The position numbers were made by a program, and so were the translations under genes. The notes under the pieces were generated by a model. That model worked only from the letters and a program-made list of their open reading frames with translations, ran no database searches and was not told the origin of the DNA. A stretch of DNA of 64,000 nt from Prorocentrum cordatum (lineage: Eukaryota). This document shows, piece by piece, positions 56,211 to 64,000 of this stretch. Each line of letters starts with the position of its first letter. The stretch's first letter is position 1. The stretch lies in contig CAUYUJ010000059.1 of assembly GCA_963575745.1 (NCBI GenBank), positions 124,001-188,000 on the forward strand, written 5' to 3'.

Positions 56211-56229
56211 CCCTAGTGTGCTTCATGAT

Positions 56230-56400
56230 TCGGAGGTTGATGGACCTCCTACCCTGACACATCGATTCGTGTATTGGCCGTTGTCGGTTCGCGAGAGGGC
56301 GTCGCGGCCGTCGTGTTTGCGGGTCCAGGTCCGTCGGTTTCGGCTCCAGGCTGCTTTCACCAAGGGGAGGTTTATTAAAAGGAGGTTTGTCCACCGCCAA
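56230..56400. mobile_element. MITE family B, subfamily B2, copy 5; 5-bp TSD ATGAT / GTGAT
   Basis: TCGGAGGTTGA...TGTCCACCGCCAA; collinear with 18915-19084. Confidence 0.88.
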
Positions 56401-58085
56401 GTGATTGTTGGGCATTGTTGTGCATCCTGGGGAGGGTACCCTTGGATGTTCTGTGTCGCCTGACTGGCGGAGGGCCTCGTGTTCTTGAGGGGCGCTCTTC
56501 TGTCCCAGGTCCGACTGCAGTAGGGATGCAGGACTTTACAAGGCGACCCTCGCATCCTTAACCTTCGGCCCACCCTTCGACCGCTGTCGCTGGCCGCGCC
56601 CCGCCCGCAGAGTGTCGGCAAGGCCTTCCAAGGCCCTTGCGTCCTCAGCGTGCGTCCCTCACTGTACGGCCTGCCTGCAGCAGCAGCAGCAGAGACGAGT
56701 GGGGCGGCAGGGGGCAGGCCACCTTGCCGTCCTTCGTGCCGCCGCCCAGCGCGTCCAGCGGCGTGGACCGCCGCGCTGCCCTCGGTGGGCACGGGGGCAG
56801 ATCTGCTGTGCCTCTCTGCCCATGCCAGCTGGGGTCTTCCCCTCCTCCCTCCTCCCTCCTCCTCCTCCTCCTCCTCCTCCTCCTTCCTCCTCCTCCTCCT
56901 CCTCATCCTCCTCCTCCTCCTCGTCCTCCTCCTCCTCCTCCTCCTCCTCCTCCTCCTCCTCCTCCTCCTCCTCCTCCTCCTCCTCCTCCTCCTCCTCCCC
57001 CCTCCCCTCCTCCTCCTCCTCCTCCTCCTCCTCCTCCTCCTCCTCCTCCTCCTCCTCATCCTCATCCTCTCCTCCTCCTCCTCATCCTCATCCTCCTCCT
57101 CCCCTCCCTCCTCCTCCTCCTCCTCCTCCTCCTCCTCCTCTCCTCCTCCCTCCTCCTCCTCCCCCCTCCTCTTCCTCCTCCTCCTCCTCCTCATCCTCTT
57201 CCTGCTCCTCCTCCTCCTCCTCCTCCTCCTCCTCCTCCTCCTCCTTCGAAGAACAAAGAACGGCAGAAACATGAACTCTCGGTGCTCTGCGCGGATGTCC
57301 TGCACCGGCGTTGGGCCCCAATGGCGGTGCCTCCTGCGCCGCCCTTGGTGCGCTCCGCGCGCTAGGGAGGCGGGTCCAGCGCCGATCCGAAGCATTCCGC
57401 TCGGAGCACCAACAGTTTATGCTGCTGCAGCTTGCTCCTCCTCTGCTCCTGATGCCGCGGTGGCCGCAGGTCCGGGGTGGCGGCGAGACGGGTGCAGGTC
57501 GGGGGCAACGTTTGAGAGGAGTGGGCACAGTGGGGAGGCATCTACCCCCTAAACGGTTGTTCATCGCCGACGCGCCCGATGCCCACCCCGCCCTTGAGCG
57601 TGCGGATTCGCCATCGGGGGCCTATCGGAGATCAGTCGGCGGTGTATCGCCGCCTCTAGCTCGATACCACCCCCCATCCACCCGAGCCAATCCCCCCTAC
57701 CGTTTCCCCTCAGCAGGGTAGCCCACGATGGAGAAGAGCAGACGTTTCTCTTCCTCCTGTACTCCTCCCCATGCTCCTCATCCTCCTCCTCGCCTCATCC
57801 GTCCTCCTCCTCGTCATCATCCTCCTCCTCATCCTCCTCATCCTCATCCTCATCCTTGCCTCTTCCTCTTCCGCCTCCGCCTCCTTCTCATCCTTACTGT
57901 ATCCTCTTCCTCCTCCTGCTCATGCTACTCCTCGTCCTCCTCCTCCTGCTCCTGATCCTGCTCCTCCTCCTCCCTCCTCCTCCTCCTCCTCCTCCTCCTC
58001 CTCCTCCTCCTCCTCCTTCTCTTCCTCCTCCTCCTCATCCTCCTCCCATTCTTCCTCCTGCTCCTCCTCCTCCTCCTCCTCCTCC

Positions 58086-58119
<34 letters not shown>

Positions 58120-58137
58120 ACCGCTCCTCCTCCTCCC

Positions 58138-58170
<33 letters not shown>

Positions 58171-58549
58171 TTTCCTCCTCCTCCTCCTCCTCCTCCTCCT
58201 CCTCCTTGTAGGAGGAGGTCGGTCGGGAGCCGAGCGAGCGAGCCGCGGTCTGTGACGCAGGGGGGCAGCGCCCACGCAGAGGGACCCCGGCCGGAGGTCT
58301 GGCGCTCTCCCCGAGACGGCCCCAGCCTTCCGAAAAGGAGGAGAGAACGTGGAGCGGAGCGGAGCGCGACGGGTCCGCCAGCTGGCTGGCCAGCCCGCCC
58401 CGCGATCTTAGGGGCAGCAGCGGAGGCCGGAGCGGCGCCGCAGGGCCGCACGGAGCGCGGCGTCACTGCGGCGGACTCCGAGGTCGATTGCGCTTGGAGC
58501 GCGGGGCGGCCCGCACGAGGTCGTCGATGCGGATGGGGGGGCCCCAGTG

Positions 58550-58743
58550 GCGGCGGCGGAAAAGAGGGGGGTGATGACTAGGGGGGGGGGAGATCATGGC
58601 GGGGGGGCATGATATTTCCCCAGATTGCATGGCGCCTCTTCTTGTTTCATGACGTTCCTGGGCCCCCCGCTGGGCCGCGCACATGCCGCCGGTCATGATT
58701 TGTACCCCCCCCTCTTGGACACCACCCTCTTGGCCGCTCCCGA
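58550..58743. mobile_element. MITE family E, copy 2; 5-bp TSD CAGTG
   Basis: CAGTG at 58545-58549 and 58744-58748; right end CTCTTGGCCGCTCCCGA identical to the copy ending at 9919. Confidence 0.88.
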
Positions 58744-59425
58744 CAGTGACGGCGGCGGTGGCTTCGTGCGCAAGCTAACGGACAAGTGCCATGAGTTGAC
58801 AGCGATGCGGAGGAGGTGCCTGGCGGCGGAGGCGGGAGGCTCGACGCACGATGGCGCGCAGACGGCCATGCAGCCCGTCAGCGTTCGTGAGCGCACGGTG
58901 GCGGCGCGACGTTGCCAACGTTGCAGGAGTGCGTCGGAGATCGTTGAGGGCGGGCCGTCCCTCATCCTCCTCGGCCTCGCCATGGAGGGTTTCGAGGACA
59001 TCGGCGTCGACGACGTGCTGTCGGCACTGCGGGCGCTGGTCAAGCTCGCATCTCGCACAGGAGTTGGGAGAGACATGTGCCCGGGTGGGCTCGGGGAAAG
59101 GCTAGACGTTCCATCGGCGATGGCGTTCACATCTCAAAGGTCGCCCCCTCGCTCAGGTACAAGAAGCATGCGATCTCCCTCCGGGAGGCGGGGCAGCCCG
59201 CCTAGAGGGCTCGGTCCGTGGTGATTCGGCCGCCTGGAGGGTGCGCGTCGATGAGAGCGACGGCCGTCGCGAGCCTTCCTCCGCCCCCCCTCCTTTCCTC
59301 CTTCCCTCTCCGCCCTACCCCTTCTCCTCGGGTCCTCCTCCTCCCTTTATTTGCAGGTGGGTCCGACGCTTTGCTTAGGATCCTCTTGTCCGTCCCCTGG
59401 CGGGATCGGGACTGCTTGCCCCCTC

Positions 59426-59493
<68 letters not shown>

Positions 59494-59717
59494 GTCTTTC
59501 TCCCTTCCCTCCTCCCCTCCTCGTCCTCCTCCCCCTCCTTCCTCCCCCCTCCCCGCTTGAACCCTGCAGGTGGCGTCCCGCCCCTGCTGGGTCCAGCCGC
59601 GAGGGCTCCGCAGCGCCGCGAGCGGCGCCCCGGGCCTCCTGGCCGCTTGCCCCTGGAGGGGGCGCACGGCTTGCAGCGCGTGGCCACCTGCCGCGCGCTG
59701 CACCTTCCCTTCCTCTA

Positions 59718-59893
59718 CAGTCGGGTCGCTGAAGAAGGAACCTTTTTCGTTGGAGAGGGGCTCTGTGTTCCTTCAGTGTTTCTCAGCTTGCCTCAGGTTT
59801 TCCTTATGTTTTCGACGGGAAATCGAAGTTTAACCCATGGCAAAAAGGGGCCTCGTTCCTTATTTACGGTTCCTCGGGTCAACGCCCCGACTG
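59718..59893. mobile_element. Tc1/mariner-pogo-like MITE family A, copy 4, 176 bp
   Basis: TA|CAGTCGGGTCGCTGA ... TCAACGCCCCGACTG|TA. Confidence 0.93.
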
Positions 59894-60124
59894 TACAATA
59901 CCGGCCACAGCCCGAGGGGGCCGCCCAGCTTTGGCTGTCCTCCTTCCCCCCCCGTCCCCTTCCCTCTCTCCTCCTCGCCCCGCTCTGCGGCGCGGGCCCC
60001 GGCCTTTGTGGCACTGGCTGGGGCGTCCGCCACGCCAGTTTTCGCATGCTGCAGCGCTCCTCGTCCCTCCCACTGTACGCGGGAGCTGTGCTTCTCTGGG
60101 GGTGTCTCGCGCTCGTGCTTCTTT

Positions 60125-60144
60125 GCCGAGCCATTTTGGCCAGG
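60125..60144 (+). other. Dinoflagellate spliced-leader-like relic
   Basis: GCCGAGCCATTTTGGCCAGG versus DinoSL DCCGTAGCCATTTTGGCTCAAG; exact 12-nt core AGCCATTTTGGC at 60129-60140. Confidence 0.45.
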
Positions 60145-60462
60145 GCCTCGGTGCGGTGCCGAGGGGTGGCCCGCATACCGCGGTCGAGCGCTTCCGTGAG
60201 CGCGTGGAAGGTCCGGTTTCAAGGTTTTCCCCATTTAGGATGCGGTCGCTCTCCTCTCTCTTCTGTCCTCCTCGCTTCCTCCTCCAACTCCTTCTCCTCA
60301 CCCCCTGGCGCTGGTACGTTTTAGGGGCTAGTTCGTATCGCTCAAGGCTCTGCTCCTGAAGCCGCCCACGGTGGACAGATTGACGAGTTGATCAGCAGGG
60401 TGTTCGTCATGCCTTCCCCCTTCACCTTTTCTTCCCCTCACAAACAAATCAGGGGGCAGCGG

Positions 60463-63268
60463 ATGAGGAGGAGGAGGAGGAGGAGGAGGCGGAGGAGGAA
60501 GGAGGAGGAGGAGGAGGAGGAGGAGAAGCAGGAGGAGGAGGAAGAGGAGGAGGAGGACGAGAGCAGGAGGAGGAGGAGGAGGAGGAGGAGGAGGAGGAGG
60601 AGGAGGAGGGGGAAGGAGGAGGAGGAGCAGGGCGAGGAGGAGGAGGAGGTGGTGGTCAGAGGAGGTTGAGGAGGAGGAGGAGGAGGAGGAGGAGGAGGGT
60701 TTCCCTGCGTCGAGTCTGCGTGCGACTCGTCCTCCCCAGCACTCGCAACCCGATGCACCTGCGGCCTCCTTCTCCCAATGGAAGCCGTGAGCTCCTAGGT
60801 CTGAACCTGCGGCTGCTGGACTCTGATCTCGAGCCGCCGTGGGTCCAACATACCTGCTACGCTGCCTGCTCGGTCCCCCCTCTCGCTCGCTCTTCCTGAT
60901 TCCACCCGCTCCCCCCCCATTAGCGCAAACATGGGCCTGAGTTTCGGCCACGTTCGCAGGACGGCCCCTGGTAACCGAATTGCGCCTGGTCGATGACGGA
61001 AGATGGTCGGCGTGAACGTGGCGTCAGCATGATCGAGCATTGTCGCGCCAGATTGTGTGGCCTCGGGGGCGGGCCGACTGGCGCAGGAAAAGATGAGGAG
61101 ATGAGAGGAGGACAGGCGAGGAGGAGGAGGAGGAGGAAAAGGAGGAGGAGGAGGAGGAGGAGGACAGGTGAGGAGGAGGAGGAGGAGGAGGAGGAGGAGG
61201 AAAAGGAGGGGGAGATACAAGGATGGAGGAGGAAGGAGTCTGGATGAGGAGGAGGCGGGCGAGAAGGAGGAGGAGGAGTTGCGCTGTTCTCGGAAAGGGG
61301 CGGGGCACTCTGTCCACTGCGCTCGACTCCCCAACCGCCGCAGGTCTGCCAGTCCGCCTTTCCACCGCCTCCGCCCCTGACTCAAGCAACGGGGGCGTAG
61401 AGACCCCGTCCTCCTCCATCCCCCATCCCATCTGATCATCAGTATAATCCTCAGCATCTTCCTCATCGTCACCCTCCCTCATCCTTGTCATCGTCGTCGC
61501 CGTCTCCGTCACCATCGCCGTCATACGCCCAACAGAAGGCTGCTCTGGAGAGGCTGGCGTGAGGACTTGGTCCCCCTGGAGCGGGCAGCATGGGCGAGCC
61601 GAGCCCGTTCTGGCTCAGGCCATTGGCATGAGCGCGTCCTGCGGGGGGGCTCAGGAAACTTGACCCCAAATTCGAACAAGTGTGCTCCGAACCAGCGATA
61701 CATCTATACGCATACATATATATATATATACACACATATATAGGAAAAATGTTGGGGAGTTTTTTATGACCCTTGTTCCGCGGGGGCAGGAAGGCTCACC
61801 CCAAGTTCAATCGTCGAGGGGTTACTGCTGGCCGGCGGCGGAGGGGTGGGTCCGGCAGGCGTGGAGGTGCCACGGAATACCTCCCGCGGGGCGGCCAGCG
61901 GAAACCGCGACGCCTTGAGGGCCGGCCTGCCGGCGGAGCCGCGACAACCAAGAGGCGGCCCTGTGGCTTGCTGTGCAAGCTGTCGCGTCCGATTGAAGCC
62001 GCCCCGCCAAGGCAACATCAGCCGTCGGCGCTGCGAGCGGTGGATGGGGTGAACTCGTTACGTTCCAGGTGCCCTCTGGTCTCTCTCTCTCTCTCTCTCC
62101 CTGGGTCTCTCTCTGGCTCTCTACTATATACACATATGAAGCTACATTGCGGTGCATTGGCGCCCCCCGCTGGGGCTAAACCTCGCCCCCCTTCCTGGGC
62201 ATGTGTCGCAGGGGAGACCTCACCACCTCTCTGAGCCCCTTCCACTCGACGTCGCCGTCGTCGTCGTCGCCGTCGTTGCCGCCGTCGTCGCCGCCGTCGT
62301 CGTCGTCGTCGGCGTCGTCGACGTCGTCGTCGTCGTCATCGCCGTCGTCACCGCCGACGTCGACGCTGACGCCGGCCCTCCCCCCCTGCCTTGGCATCGC
62401 TCGGACGTGTGCATGTTTCCTTCCTCTTCTCCTCCTCCTTCTCCCTCTTCTCCTCCTCCTCCTCCTCCTCCTCCTCCTCCTCCTTCCTTCTCCTCCTCCT
62501 CCTCCTCCTCCTCCTTCTCCTCCTCCTCCTCCTCCTCCTCCTCCTCCTCCTCCTCCTCCTCCTCCTCCTCCTCCCCCTCCTCCTCAAAACCGGAAAAAGC
62601 TCAGGGAAGGGACGTCCGAGCGATGGCGGGCTGTTGCGCGCGGCCCGGCGGCAGGCCTCCTCGCGGCCGGCGCCGCCGCCGCGGGAGCCGCCGCCCCCGC
62701 CGCGGCGGGGCCCCGCCTGTGGCCGGCCCCTCGGCCTCCGGCCGCTGCCAAAGAGAGGAGGAGTGAGGAGGAGAGGAGGAGGAGGAGGAGGGGAGGGGGA
62801 GGAGGAGGAGGAGGAGGAGAGGACGACGAGGAGGAGAGGAAGGGAGGGAGGAGGAGGCGGAGGAGGAGGAGGCGGAGGAGGGAGGAGGAGGAGGAGGAGA
62901 CGAGAGGAGGGAGGAGAGGGGAGAGGAGGAGGAGGCGGAGGCGAGGAGGAGGAGGAGGAGGAGGAGGAGGAGAGGAGGATGAGGCGGAGAGGAGGAGGAG
63001 GAGGAGAGGAGGAGGAGCAGGGTGATGTGGGAGGAGGAGGAGGAGGAGGAGGAGGAGGAGGAAGGAGAGGGAGATGGGGGAGGGGAGAGGGAGGAGGGAG
63101 GAGGAGGAGGAGGACAGGAAGGAGGAGGAGGAAGGAGGAGGAGGAAGGAGGAGGAAGGAGGGGAGGGAGGAGGAGGAGGAGGAGGGGGGGTGAGAGGGGA
63201 GGAGGAGGACGAGGAGGAGAGGAAGGAGAGGAGGAGGAGGAGGAGGAGGAGGAGGAGGAGGAGGAGGA
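60463..63268. repeat. (GGA)n 60463-60697, 61095-61278 and 62755-63268; (GTC/GCC)n 62250-62370; (CCT)n 62420-62585
   Basis: Seen directly. Confidence 0.95.
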
Positions 63269-63289
63269 GTTGGGGAGGCCAGGCACCAG

Positions 63290-63487
63290 TCGGGCCGGAC
63301 GAAAGGGGGGGATTGGGAAAGGGGGGGTTGTACGAAATTTGCTGCGCGCAGCTGGTTTCGGCCTCACCGAGGGGCCCAGTCCTCGATACATAGCCGCCTC
63401 CGGCGCTGGGAGGCGCCGGGAAAATCAGCTACGTGAGCCGATTCTCAAACCCCCCCTTTGCTATTCCCCCCCTTTCGCCCGGCCCGA
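63290..63487. mobile_element. MITE family F, full copy, ~40-bp TIR, 198 bp
   Basis: TCGGGCCGGACGAAAGGGGGGGATTGGGAAAGGGGGGGTT / AACCCCCCTTTGCTATTCCCCCCCTTTCGCCCGGCCCGA; only CAG is duplicated at the flanks. Confidence 0.88.
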
Positions 63488-64000
63488 CAGGGGCAACGCT
63501 GGGGCAACGCTCAAGTCGGGCACGTCCCTCCACAGGAGGAAGATCCAAAACGAGTCAAAAAAACTGTCGGGGGACGAGTTGTGTTGGGCATGTTTTGCCA
63601 TTTGGGGGTATGTTTTGACTATGTTTTATTTGTCGTCCAAAATCCCCCTGTAGGGGGATTTGGGACGAAAAACGCTCGACCTCGAGGTTCGAAAAGAGTT
63701 CCGGACGTCTTCGGCGGTCCTCGGCGGTCTTTTGGCCTCGGGACGCGTTGCGGCGGCTGCGTCTCGCAGAGGGCGCTCCCGGGGGCGCCCGGACGCTCCC
63801 CGACGGCCGCCGGAGACCCGAGTCATGACCCGAAAACCAGAGGTCAGGGGGATCAGGGTCGGAATCGAAGATGAGAGACGACAAGGGGCAGCGTTGGGGG
63901 GGGGAACAGGCTCGGGGGGAGACGCAGCGACCCCGAATCGCCCACTCGTCGCCGGCAGGGGCCCGAGGAGCGGATTCGCCATCGGGGGCCGATCGCCAAT

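Larger units (their letters stand above)
54700..58205. repeat. (CCT)n tracts at 54700-54830, 55508-55905, 56840-57245 and 57750-58205
   Basis: Seen directly. Confidence 0.95.

Noticed and set aside
56180..56217. Helitron 3' end (hairpin followed by CTAG|T)
   Set aside because: Better explained as the right TIR of family K plus its TSD CCCTAGTG, which also occurs on the left.

Overview
This is eukaryotic, GC-rich DNA made almost entirely of repeats, most likely a dinoflagellate intergenic or intronic region. That assignment is inference, based on decayed matches to the dinoflagellate spliced leader, the retroelement protein style and the microsatellite load. I can support no intact host gene, rRNA, tRNA or CRISPR array, and nearly all ORFs in the track are artefacts of simple repeats and high GC. 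Supported content: (1) a decayed tyrosine-recombinase (DIRS-like) retrotransposon at about 40.56-45.57 kb, with RT, RNase H, YR and a possible C5-methyltransferase-like tail; (2) a Penelope-like RT reading frame at 24.16-25.96 kb with no visible GIY-YIG domain; (3) more than 20 short TIR elements (MITEs) with TA, 5-bp, 8-bp and 9-bp target-site duplications (TSDs); (4) very large microsatellite fields, including about 7.6 kb dominated by (TAG)n with internal inversions. The most notable signals are: several internally unrelated MITE families sharing 5'-TCGG...CCGA-3'-type termini and a 5-bp TSD, which fit no superfamily I can assign; apparent A:T->G:C-directed decay of dead elements; pure microsatellite tracts flanked by 21-28 bp direct duplications as if inserted; and co-orientation of every multi-copy family I found. 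All alignments were done by eye.
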